From NCBI GenBank assembly GCA_050294405.1, contig JBNKOC010000012.1, positions 640,001 to 704,000 on the forward strand: a stretch of 64,000 nucleotides of DNA, read 5' to 3'. Source of the DNA: Fibrobacteria bacterium. Its GTDB lineage: Bacteria; Fibrobacterota; Fibrobacteria; UBA11236; JADFYW01. A program made the translations under genes and the position numbers. How positions within the stretch are numbered: the first letter of the stretch is position 1; every line of letters begins with the position of its first letter. The notes beneath the pieces are model-generated. The model was not told where the DNA came from, did no database searches, and worked only from the letters and a program-made list of their open reading frames with translations. This document shows, one piece after another, positions 49,027 through 58,275 of this stretch.

Positions 49027-52000
49027 ATGTCGGAGTCCGAAGTAGAAAAACTCAAAGGCGAGGTCGCCCGTTTAAATGCGCTGCTTGAAAGAAAAGAGGC
49101 GGAGTTAAAAAGCATTAAGCAGTCCAGGGTTTTTCCTCTGCCCGAATTGTTTGAAGCTTTTCTTACCAGCATTCCCGACCGTATTTATTTCAAAGACTTG
49201 GAGGGCCGTTTTACCAGAGTGAACCCTGCCCTGGTTGAACATTTTAACTGCAAGTCCGAAGAAGAGCTTTTAGGTAAAAGCGATCAGGACTTTTTTGATG
49301 AAAAACATCATCTAAATGCTCTACAAGATGAAAGACAAATAATCCAAACTGGCGAACCCATTCTGGATAAGGAAGAACTGGAAATCCACTTGGATGGAAC
49401 AGAAAATTGGGTTCTTACGACCAAAATGCCTTTAAAAGATGCAGATGGTAACATTGTTGGCACCTGCGGGCTATCTCGTAATATCACCAAAATCAAAAAA
49501 TCCGAGGAGCAGCTTCAATCCTTAATGGATAACATTCCGGAGAGGATATATTTTAAAGATACCGAGAGCAAATTTGTAATAGTAAACCGCGCCTGCGCCC
49601 GTGAAATGGGCTTTGAAAATCCAGCTGATGTTATTGGTAAAACGGATATGGATTTTTTTGACAAAACCGTGGCCAGCGAATGGATGGAGGAAGAACGCAG
49701 TATTGTTCAGGGCGAAAAACCTCTTATTTTTTATGAGGCGCTGGAACAGCGTAACGACGGCCGCGAAGCCTGGGTTTCTGTTTCCAAAATACCCTGGAAA
49801 AATAACCGTGGCGACATTGTGGGGGTTATTGGAATTACCCATGATATTACCAATGTGAAATCCATGGAACAAAAGCTGTCCACCCTTATGGATAACATCC
49901 CCGACAGCATTTATTTTAAAAATCTGAAAAGCGAATTTGTTTTGGTGAATAAAGGCTGCGCCAGTGGATTCCATTTAAATGATCCCGCCGATGCGCTGGG
50001 AAAAACCGATTTTGACTTTTTTGATCCTATACATGCCAAGCCTTCTTATGATGATGAACAAATGATTATCAAAACGGGCGTTCCCATTATTGGAAAAGAA
50101 GAGTTCGAAAAACGCAACGATGGCCGGGAAACCTGGGTGAGCTCCACCAAAATGCCCTGGCGGGACAGTAAGGGAAATATCATAGGTACCTTTGGGCTTT
50201 CCCGTGACATTACCAAAATTAAAGTGATAGAAGAGCAGTTGGTCACCTTGATGGATACGGTGCCCGATAGCATTTACTTTAAAGATCACAACAGTCGTTT
50301 TGTATTGATTAACCAGGCCTGTGCCCGAAGTTTTAAATTAATCAGCCCAGATGATGCTATTGGACTTACGGACTTCGATATATTCAGCGAGAAACATTCC
50401 CGGGAAGCTTTTGAAGACGAAAAAAAAGTGATGGAGAGCGGAGAAGCCATTATAGGTAAAGAAGAGTTGGAGTCCTGGAACGATGGGAGCGAACGCTGGG
50501 TCTCCACCACTAAAATGCCCTGGCGGGATAAGACCGGCAAGGTCATCGGTGTGTTAGGTGTGTCCCGCGATGTAACTCAAATCAAAAAAGCGGAAATGGA
50601 ATTAAAATGCCTTATGGAATTTTTGCCCGATAGCATTTATTTCAAAGACAGAGCTGGTAAATTCACTCAAGTGAGCCGCTCTAAAGCCATGAAGCACAAT
50701 TTAAAAGATCCAAAAGAGGCTATCGGAAAAACGGATTTTGATTTTTTTTCCAGAGAGCGGGCCCAACATGCCCTAATGGACGAGGAAAAAATTATGCGGG
50801 AGGGCACGCCCCTGGTGGGCAAAGAGGATATGGAAGTGCTCCCCGATGGCACCAAAAAATGGACCTCCACAACCAAAGTCCCGCTGCGGGATCACCACGG
50901 TAACATTACAGGCACATTCGGGCTATCCCGTGATGTGACCAAAATGAAACTGGCGGAAGAGGCTCTGCAAATATCAAATGATAGATTGGAACGCAAAGTC
51001 CAAAAACGCACGGAAGAATTGAGCCTTGCTAATAAACAAATGGAACGGCACATTGAGCAATTAAATTACCTAAACCAAAAAGCTCATTTTTTCGCCCAGC
51101 TTATTGATAAGGAAACATTGTTGTCCGCCATTTACTTCAGCTTTGTGGAGCTTTTCCCCAAAGGCCAGGTACACATTGTAGAGTATGAAAACAACCAGTT
51201 TAAAACTTTGTACAATACCCCGGGGCTATTGGAGGGAGCAGCTATTTATCAATGTTTAGATGCCATTAAATTTTATGAGCCCCGGCGAAACCAACAAATA
51301 ACCTTTGTAATGGATTGGAGAGAAAACTCTTTGTTGGCGGATATTTTCCAGGGTATGCTGGAAAATTTTCCATGTTATATGGTGGTTCCCCTAATTGCCA
51401 ATAGAAGATTGCGGGGAGCCGTACAAATATTTATGCCTAGCCAATCCTCCCATAGTTTTGACAAAGAAAAAGCGGTTATTAATACCCTGGCGAGCCAGGC
51501 GGCCATATCCCTAGATAACGCTTTCCACTATCAGGAACTGGGAAGAAAAACCCGTATACAAAGTGAATTGGAAATCGCCCACGGAATTCAGGATAGATAC
51601 ACTCCTAAAGATCCACAAATCCCCGGTTTTAAAATTAAAGGGGTATGTAAACCGGCCAACGAGGTGGGCGGGGATTATCTGGATTTTTTCCAAAACGAAG
51701 AAGGCAACTGGGTTATTACCATAGCCGATGTATGTGGAAAGGGAATTCCAGCCGCCCTGGTTATGACCAGTCTTCGCAGCATTGTTAGGGTATTGGGCTT
51801 GCACCAGTCCTCCTCTAAAGAAATTCTGGCGGGTGTAAATGAGTTTATGGGTATTGAACTGCAAAGGGACAAATCTTTTATCACATGTATGTGTCTGGTG
51901 ATTGACAAGTCGGGGCGGTACATGAACTATACCCGGGCGGGCCACCCTATGTTGGTGAACTTCGGGCCCCACAGGGAAAAGCCTGAACCCATTCCTTCCA

Positions 52001-52293
52001 GTGGCTTGGCCCTGGGCATGATTGCCGGAGATGGTTTTAAACCTTTTATAGAAGAAGTGCATGTTGATTTAATCCCAGGCGATAAATTTTTAGCCTATAC
52101 CGATGGCCTGGATGAGGCTATGAACCCCAATAAAGAAACCTATGGCCAGGAAAGGCTGTTTAAAGTTCTGGAATCCGCAAAGGAAAAATCCCCCGAACAA
52201 GCTGTTAACATAATTTTATCGGATGTGGAAAGTTATGTTCAGGGACAGAGCCAGTATGATGATTTAACCCTTTTTGTGCTGGAGCGCATTTAA
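49027..52293 (+). CDS. PP2C/SpoIIE (RsbU-like) phosphatase with 5 PAS domains and a GAF-like domain
   Basis: Five repeats of PDxIYFKD..D.DFF..W..TTK.P.D..G.I.G.SRDIT; VGGDYLD, IADVCGKG, YTDG, DDLT. Confidence 0.92.
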   Translation: MSESEVEKLKGEVARLNALLERKEAELKSIKQSRVFPLPELFEAFLTSIPDRIYFKDLEGRFTRVNPALVEHFNCKSEEELLGKSDQDFFDEKHHLNALQDERQIIQTGEPILDKEELEIHLDGTENWVLTTKMPLKDADGNIVGTCGLSRNITKIKKSEEQLQSLMDNIPERIYFKDTESKFVIVNRACAREMGFENPADVIGKTDMDFFDKTVASEWMEEERSIVQGEKPLIFYEALEQRNDGREAWVSVSKIPWKNNRGDIVGVIGITHDITNVKSMEQKLSTLMDNIPDSIYFKNLKSEFVLVNKGCASGFHLNDPADALGKTDFDFFDPIHAKPSYDDEQMIIKTGVPIIGKEEFEKRNDGRETWVSSTKMPWRDSKGNIIGTFGLSRDITKIKVIEEQLVTLMDTVPDSIYFKDHNSRFVLINQACARSFKLISPDDAIGLTDFDIFSEKHSREAFEDEKKVMESGEAIIGKEELESWNDGSERWVSTTKMPWRDKTGKVIGVLGVSRDVTQIKKAEMELKCLMEFLPDSIYFKDRAGKFTQVSRSKAMKHNLKDPKEAIGKTDFDFFSRERAQHALMDEEKIMREGTPLVGKEDMEVLPDGTKKWTSTTKVPLRDHHGNITGTFGLSRDVTKMKLAEEALQISNDRLERKVQKRTEELSLANKQMERHIEQLNYLNQKAHFFAQLIDKETLLSAIYFSFVELFPKGQVHIVEYENNQFKTLYNTPGLLEGAAIYQCLDAIKFYEPRRNQQITFVMDWRENSLLADIFQGMLENFPCYMVVPLIANRRLRGAVQIFMPSQSSHSFDKEKAVINTLASQAAISLDNAFHYQELGRKTRIQSELEIAHGIQDRYTPKDPQIPGFKIKGVCKPANEVGGDYLDFFQNEEGNWVITIADVCGKGIPAALVMTSLRSIVRVLGLHQSSSKEILAGVNEFMGIELQRDKSFITCMCLVIDKSGRYMNYTRAGHPMLVNFGPHREKPEPIPSSGLALGMIAGDGFKPFIEEVHVDLIPGDKFLAYTDGLDEAMNPNKETYGQERLFKVLESAKEKSPEQAVNIILSDVESYVQGQSQYDDLTLFVLERI

Positions 52294-52294
52294 G

Positions 52295-54466
52295 TTGGCA
52301 AAAGCACCGGGGAAAAATCCAGACTTTAGTTTGGTGAATCTGGCTAAGGCTTTAGAATCCCAAATAGAGTCTGAAAAAAGCGCGACTGAAAATTCTTTCC
52401 AGAGTTTTCTTTTGGATAATTTGCTTATGCATATTCCGGCGGCCATTTTTTTTAAGGACCTCGACGGAAAATATATAAGGGTTAGCCGGGAGTTTTTGAA
52501 AAAGCTGCAGTTGCGTCTGGAAGAAGATGTGCTGGGGAAAAAGAATTCCGATTTTTTTGCCGAGCCCAGTTCTAATGAGGTGGAGCGGGACGATGAGTTT
52601 GTATTGCATAGCGGCACATCTATACATGGAAAAGAAAATTTGGAGTTGCTAAAAGACGGCCGGGAAATATGGAGCAAACTATCGAAATTTCCTCTTAAAA
52701 CGACTTCGGGCAAAGTGCTGGGTACCCTAGGCATAGCTTTTGACGTATCGGATATGCGCAAAATGGAATTGGATTTGCGTATGTTATTGGATAACCTTCC
52801 CGATAACATTTATTTCAAAGACAGTGAAGGGAAATATACCCGCATCAACAAAACCATGAGCAACCTTTTGGGGCTGGATACTCCCGAACAGGCCATTGGC
52901 CTTGGGGATTCGGCTTTTTTTTCACCTGCCATTTGCGATACCCTTTCCCAATTAGAATCCAAAGTATTGTCCATGGGCTTGCCTCAAATTGCCGTGGACG
53001 AGCAAATAGAAACCAAGTCGGGTCGTAAAATTTGGCTGTCTTTTACCATACTTCCCATCTGGAACCATCAGGGGCAAATTTCCGGAATATTTGGACTATC
53101 CAGGGACATCTCCCGCTTAAAGGATGTGGAAAAAAAACTCCAGGAGGCCAATACCCTATTGGAAGAAAAGGTCAAGGAGCGGACTTCACAGTTGAGCAAA
53201 GCAAACTTGGGTATGGAAATTCGTCTGCAACAGCTAAAATTTTTAAATCACAAAGCTCACTTTTTTTCTCAGATAGTGGATTTAGAATCTTTGTATTCGG
53301 TTATTTTTTTCGCCTTTGTGGAAAGGTATTCTGATTCTTTAATCCAACTCTGGAGCTATGGTGAAAATGGTTTCAAGGGTGTGCACCAATCCACAGAGTT
53401 AAAGGATTTGGATGTGCAAAGCGGATGTTTGGAAGCCCTTCGCTATCTCGACGCCCAAAATGATTCGGGGCTTTATTATGAAAAAAACTGGCACGAAAAT
53501 ATATTGCTCAAAAACTTATTTCCATCAGATTTAAATTCCTATCCGGGTTATGTGGTACTACCCCTTAGCGTGGAAAACCGCCTTAGAGGCGCCATACAAA
53601 TGTTTACCCATTCTTCTTTTGAAAAAATATTTAACCGGGAAGAGATGGTGCTGAATACATTGGGAGTGCAGGCGGCCATTGCTATGGACAGCGCTTCCCA
53701 CTATCAAAAATTAAGGGACAATTCCCGCATAGAAAGCCAGTTGGAAATCGCCAAAAAAATCCAGCAACATTTTATCCCCAGGGGTTCTAATATACCCGGT
53801 TTTGAGCTGACCGGTATTTGCCGCTCAGCCAATGCGGTGGGAGGAGATTATCTGGATTTCTTTCAAAACGAAAAAGGGGATTGGGTGCTGGTGATTGCCG
53901 ATGTATGTGGAAAGGGCATTCCCGCCGCGCTTATGATGACCAGCCTTCGCAGTACTTTAAGGGCCGAAGCCCGAAAACTGAGCTCGTCCAAAGCTATATT
54001 GGCCGCGGTGAATATGTTGCTAAAAGATGATTTGCAGGCAGACAACTCTTTTATCACCTCACTTTGCATGGTCATGGATAAAGAAGGAAAAAAAATGAAT
54101 TTTTCCCGAGCGGGACATCCAGGCCTCCTGCGGTTAGAAAAAGGCAAAGGAAAGTTTGAAGTGCTGGCTCCCAGAGGTATTGCTTTAGGGATGGTGGATA
54201 CTCCACAGTTTTTAAAAATTCAGGAAGAGCAAAGTCTGGAGCTCCATTCCGGAGATTGCTTTTTAGCCCATACCGATGGTCTGGATGAAGCAATGAACCA
54301 CGAAAAAAAAACCTATGGTATGGATAGGCTCATAAAACTTTTGAATAAAAACAAAAAATCCTCAGCTGAGGAATTGGTCGATTTAATAATAAAAGATGTG
54401 AGAGATTTTTCTGAGGGTTATCCCCAGTTCGACGATTTGACTTTATTTTCTCTGGCGAAAAAATAA
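52295..54466 (+). CDS. PP2C/SpoIIE (RsbU-like) phosphatase with 2 PAS domains and a GAF-like domain (paralog)
   Basis: Same architecture and motifs; TTG 52295 with SD ggag preferred over GTG 52274. Confidence 0.9.
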   Translation: MAKAPGKNPDFSLVNLAKALESQIESEKSATENSFQSFLLDNLLMHIPAAIFFKDLDGKYIRVSREFLKKLQLRLEEDVLGKKNSDFFAEPSSNEVERDDEFVLHSGTSIHGKENLELLKDGREIWSKLSKFPLKTTSGKVLGTLGIAFDVSDMRKMELDLRMLLDNLPDNIYFKDSEGKYTRINKTMSNLLGLDTPEQAIGLGDSAFFSPAICDTLSQLESKVLSMGLPQIAVDEQIETKSGRKIWLSFTILPIWNHQGQISGIFGLSRDISRLKDVEKKLQEANTLLEEKVKERTSQLSKANLGMEIRLQQLKFLNHKAHFFSQIVDLESLYSVIFFAFVERYSDSLIQLWSYGENGFKGVHQSTELKDLDVQSGCLEALRYLDAQNDSGLYYEKNWHENILLKNLFPSDLNSYPGYVVLPLSVENRLRGAIQMFTHSSFEKIFNREEMVLNTLGVQAAIAMDSASHYQKLRDNSRIESQLEIAKKIQQHFIPRGSNIPGFELTGICRSANAVGGDYLDFFQNEKGDWVLVIADVCGKGIPAALMMTSLRSTLRAEARKLSSSKAILAAVNMLLKDDLQADNSFITSLCMVMDKEGKKMNFSRAGHPGLLRLEKGKGKFEVLAPRGIALGMVDTPQFLKIQEEQSLELHSGDCFLAHTDGLDEAMNHEKKTYGMDRLIKLLNKNKKSSAEELVDLIIKDVRDFSEGYPQFDDLTLFSLAKK

Positions 54467-54472
54467 AAAGCC

Positions 54473-55102
54473 TTAAAGGTCTTCGGCCAGGGGCCAGGTG
54501 GGGGAGGCTTTGTATTCCGCCGCCTTATCCAAAAACAGCTGCACAAACTTTAGAGAACTGTGTTTTTCCACAAGTTTAATGGATGCATCATACACTTTGT
54601 GAAAGTACTTGTTGCCCAGGTTGATTTCCCTAATGGATGTTATGGTGGTATCCATGGCGTCCGCAGCTTCCACAATTTTTCCCTCTAAATCCAGTTTGGC
54701 TTCTTTAGTGTGCTTAATGTATTTGTCTTTTAATTTTTTAGGCAGCTCCTTGAAAATTTCTTCTTCAATCAAATCAGGCACGATTTCTTTTAGCAAATGG
54801 GCCAGGCGTCCGCCTTTGTATCTGTGTTTTATGGAATGGGGAATGTCCGATAATATGGATTCCTCAAAATCATGGAACAGGGATTTTCGAATCAAGGTTT
54901 CGATGTTAATGGAAGGGTTTTCCTCGTAATCGGCTATCATCAAAGAAATTACCGTAACATTAAACGAATGAGAGGCCACAGATTCAAATTGGATAGTGGG
55001 CAAGGTGCCAAACCGGCGAATGCCTCCGGTGGTTTTTAGCCTTTCAAAAAAAGTAAACAGCTCAGGTAAACTGTTTGATTCCGGGGGTAAATTCATGTCC
55101 AT
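54473..55102 (-). CDS. HD-domain 5'-deoxynucleotidase, YfbR-like
   Basis: RF..ESVASHS, LFHDFEE..SDIP..K, AADAMD. Confidence 0.85.
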   Translation of the reverse strand: MDMNLPPESNSLPELFTFFERLKTTGGIRRFGTLPTIQFESVASHSFNVTVISLMIADYEENPSINIETLIRKSLFHDFEESILSDIPHSIKHRYKGGRLAHLLKEIVPDLIEEEIFKELPKKLKDKYIKHTKEAKLDLEGKIVEAADAMDTTITSIREINLGNKYFHKVYDASIKLVEKHSSLKFVQLFLDKAAEYKASPTWPLAEDL

Positions 55103-55644
55103 GATTTTGCTTTCAGGTGTTTGGCAAATTCCAATAAATTTTCAAAAACAGGATAGTTCGTTTTCTCAGCATTATAGTTTTTGTTGCCCGAATTGACTAA
55201 AATCCCTTGAACTCCCAACTGTATGCCAGTTTGTGCGTCACTGATTTTATCCCCCAGCATAAAGGATTTTTCAAACTCAATCGGATGTGAATTCGCTAAA
55301 CTTCGGAGCATGCCATCTTTGGGTTTTCTACAAGGGCAATCCAGCGTGAACTCGGCAATTTTTCCCTCAAGGTGGTGGGGGCAAATGCGGCTGTCCAGAA
55401 TGGGGGCTCCCTCATTTTTAAAATATTCCAGAATTTGCCGATTCAGCTCCCGGGCTTCTTCCAGGCTAAAAAATCCCCGGGCGACTCCCGATTGGTTGGT
55501 CACAACAAAAAGGCTGTATCCTAACTCCAATAAAATTTTCAGGGCTTCCAATGTGCCCGGAATAAGGGTAAAATCAGAAAAGGATTGGATATATCCAAAA
55601 TCCTCATTGAGGGTTCCATCACGGTCTAAAAAAATGGCTTTCAT
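55093..55644 (-). CDS. gmhB: D-glycero-D-manno-heptose-1,7-bisphosphate phosphatase
   Basis: MKAIFLDRDGT, TNQSG, CPHH..CPCRKP, GDKISD. Confidence 0.9.
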   Translation of the reverse strand: MKAIFLDRDGTLNEDFGYIQSFSDFTLIPGTLEALKILLELGYSLFVVTNQSGVARGFFSLEEARELNRQILEYFKNEGAPILDSRICPHHLEGKIAEFTLDCPCRKPKDGMLRSLANSHPIEFEKSFMLGDKISDAQTGIQLGVQGILVNSGNKNYNAEKTNYPVFENLLEFAKHLKAKSWT

Positions 55645-55684
55645 TTTAACAACAATAAAAAATATTTTAAAAACAATTCCCAAT

Positions 55685-56917
55685 ATGAAATTATCCCGCC
55701 CACAGCACAGTTATTTAAGGAATTTTTTCCTTTTGCTGGCTGTTATGGTGCATTTTGCCCCTGCTTTTGAGCGGGCCGAGCCCAAAGCGGTATTGGACTC
55801 TGTGAGTGGACGTGTGGAATTAGTTCGGGCCAGTGATATGAAATGGGAACTGGCTTACAGGGGAATGGAAATTGGCAATAACGACAAGCTTATTGTTCAC
55901 AGCAAGGGCTTTGCCAGCGGTCAATTCCCACAAGGTGTGGAATTTTATGTGGATGAAAACTCCAAGTTGCTTTTTAACCTTTCAGAGCCTGGTCCAGAAA
56001 AAATTCCGGATAAAATTTTTACCCTCTATCAGGGCAAAGCTGTTTTTTCTCTCAGAAGGCCATTAATGGATGTAGGTGGTGGAGAGCTTCGGGTTTATTT
56101 AAAAGGGCTTTCCCTTAAAGCCAAAGAAGGGGCGGTGGCTGTATGCAATAACCCTAAAAAAGGGGATATTAGCGCCCATTTTTTAAGTGGGACCTATTAT
56201 AATTTCAGCGCCGCTAATTCACAGGAGCATTACATTCGAGGAGGGAGGGAAATTTATCTGGATTCCTCTGGCTTAGCTGTAAATGAAGACGATATCCAAT
56301 TAAAGCCCCTTTCTTTGAGATTTCCTTTTATGAGCAGCAAATATTTTGAAGATGAAATATACAGGGGCCAGTTGTTGCAAAAGCGGGAACAGGATGTTAT
56401 TTCAGGAACCCGGCTGGGCAAAGTAGTTGTTATGGAAACGGCAAACCTGGTGAGGGACAAAGAAAAATGGCGGCCACAAAAATATTTCTCCCAGCTTTTG
56501 GCAGAACAAATTTATGATGTAACATACAGGGAGCTGGAATTAATAGGCCCGAGCGCTGATGTGCCCCGGGAAATAGCCAAAAAAAAAGAAGCGGATAGAA
56601 TCGTGCAAAGTGAAATACATAGCTTAAAGCTCGATAAAACAACCCGGCTTAATGAAGATAGCAGTAAATATGAATTGAAGCTGGATATGGAATTAAAAAT
56701 TAAAATTTCCATTCTGGAAATGCCCACGGGAAAGGTTTTAAAAGAGGCTTTTTTCCAGGCCCAATTGCTGGGGGATAAATATGAAGCCGCTCAGTTGGAA
56801 AATTTTTTGGCCAAACCTTTAAATGATGAAAATCCCATTTTTAAAACGGCGAGCTTTTTAAAAATAATAAGGGGCCTCAAAGCGCAAATCAGAAGGTTTG
56901 CCCGCAGCGCAGTATAA
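55685..56917 (+). CDS. Exported protein with FecR-like N-terminal domain
   Basis: Signal peptide then AVLDSVSGRVE..W..GMEIGNND..VDENS; start MKLSRP. Confidence 0.6.
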   Translation: MKLSRPQHSYLRNFFLLLAVMVHFAPAFERAEPKAVLDSVSGRVELVRASDMKWELAYRGMEIGNNDKLIVHSKGFASGQFPQGVEFYVDENSKLLFNLSEPGPEKIPDKIFTLYQGKAVFSLRRPLMDVGGGELRVYLKGLSLKAKEGAVAVCNNPKKGDISAHFLSGTYYNFSAANSQEHYIRGGREIYLDSSGLAVNEDDIQLKPLSLRFPFMSSKYFEDEIYRGQLLQKREQDVISGTRLGKVVVMETANLVRDKEKWRPQKYFSQLLAEQIYDVTYRELELIGPSADVPREIAKKKEADRIVQSEIHSLKLDKTTRLNEDSSKYELKLDMELKIKISILEMPTGKVLKEAFFQAQLLGDKYEAAQLENFLAKPLNDENPIFKTASFLKIIRGLKAQIRRFARSAV

Positions 56918-56921
56918 TAAG

Positions 56922-58175
56922 CTAAGCTTCCACTCCCAGGAATTCATTAATTTCCTGAATGGAATTAAAAATAGATAGTACCGTATCAATTTTTGAAATC
57001 TGCATCATTTCCAAAATTTTAAACTGGCAGCCAAATACATAAACAAATCCATCGTGTTGTTTTACCCGTTTTTGAAAATTAATCAGAAAGCCCACTCCCG
57101 AACTGTCGATGTATTCCAGGTCCCTAAAGTCCAACACAAAGGCATTTTCTTTAGGCACCAATTCATCCACTGTGAACTTCATGGTTAATATGGTTTGGGC
57201 TGTTAATATGCCCCTGAGCTGGAGCACCAAATAATCGGGACGTTGTATTTGCTCAATGGATAATTCTTTTTTGTTTACTAAGGAGGATTTTAATTTGTTT
57301 TTTAAAACTTCCCTCATGGAGTCCCGTAAAAAATCCACCTCTGAATTATTTCCCAACTTTTTTATGACAATTAACAAATTGTTTTGGACCATTTCATCGG
57401 GATCATCCTGAACCAGCTTTAACAGCTTAAGCATGGTGCTGCTGGCCTCTCCTATTTCGCCAATAACCCATACAGCGCTGGCTCGGAACAAGGCTTTGGG
57501 GGATAAAAGCATTTCCTTTAAATCGGGGTTAATGTCTGTATCCGAAATTTTAAAAAGGGCTTTTAAGGTGTTCGCTCTAACTCTGTTGTTAGGGTCCTGT
57601 CGAAAGCGGTTTAATATGCGTACAAAGTATTTGTTATTGAGATTTTCGAAAACTTCAATGGTATTGGCTTTAACCCTGTTGTCGCTATCCTCTAAAAAAC
57701 GGGCCAATACATCGGCGTTCACTCGGGAAGCCACTTCTCCAATATGTTTAACAGCAGTGGCCCTTACTTTACGGTTTTGGTTGCGAAGGGTGATTTTTAA
57801 TATTTCTTCGGCGCGTTTTTCTGTAACAAAATATTTTAAAACAATAAGCGCATCAATAATGTCATCGGGCTGGCCATCTTCCACTAAGTAATTGAGATGT
57901 AGCACATAACTTGGGTCCAGCTTGTTTACGGTTTGTACTGCGGCTGTTATACTCTGCTCTGTTTTTTGCTTTTCGGTTCCCGTTTTTAAAAGGTCCAGAG
58001 AAAGTTTAATGGCAGAGGATTGGGCCAACTTGCTGACTTCCGGTTCTGACGCTTTGGTCAATTCAAAAATTTTTGGGATGTAATGGGGCGAATTTGTGTT
58101 TAAGGCGAGCTTGATTCCCTGCAATTGCAAATGGGGGCTATCGGCTGTTAACAGTTTGTCTATGCGCTGGGACAA
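56922..58175 (-). CDS. HEAT-repeat protein with C-terminal STAS domain
   Basis: Repeats DNRVKANT / NNRVRANT / LFRASAVW; STAS LDFRDLEYIDSSGVG. Confidence 0.85.
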   Translation of the reverse strand: MSQRIDKLLTADSPHLQLQGIKLALNTNSPHYIPKIFELTKASEPEVSKLAQSSAIKLSLDLLKTGTEKQKTEQSITAAVQTVNKLDPSYVLHLNYLVEDGQPDDIIDALIVLKYFVTEKRAEEILKITLRNQNRKVRATAVKHIGEVASRVNADVLARFLEDSDNRVKANTIEVFENLNNKYFVRILNRFRQDPNNRVRANTLKALFKISDTDINPDLKEMLLSPKALFRASAVWVIGEIGEASSTMLKLLKLVQDDPDEMVQNNLLIVIKKLGNNSEVDFLRDSMREVLKNKLKSSLVNKKELSIEQIQRPDYLVLQLRGILTAQTILTMKFTVDELVPKENAFVLDFRDLEYIDSSGVGFLINFQKRVKQHDGFVYVFGCQFKILEMMQISKIDTVLSIFNSIQEINEFLGVEA

Positions 58176-58275
58176 GAGTGAAAATTCCTGGGAAAAAAAT
58201 ATTTGTGTTTTTTTAGATTATACCTCTTCCGGGAAAAGCAGGTCAATATCCGGGGATTGAATTTAAATTTAGGGC

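Noticed and set aside
49150..50945. PAS repeats as an assembly artefact or diversity-generating retroelement
   Set aside because: Units diverge throughout, not only at adenines, and no reverse transcriptase is present
55223..55684. First 154 aa of the 564-aa ORF
   Set aside because: Antisense shadow of gmhB; the signal peptide starts at 55685
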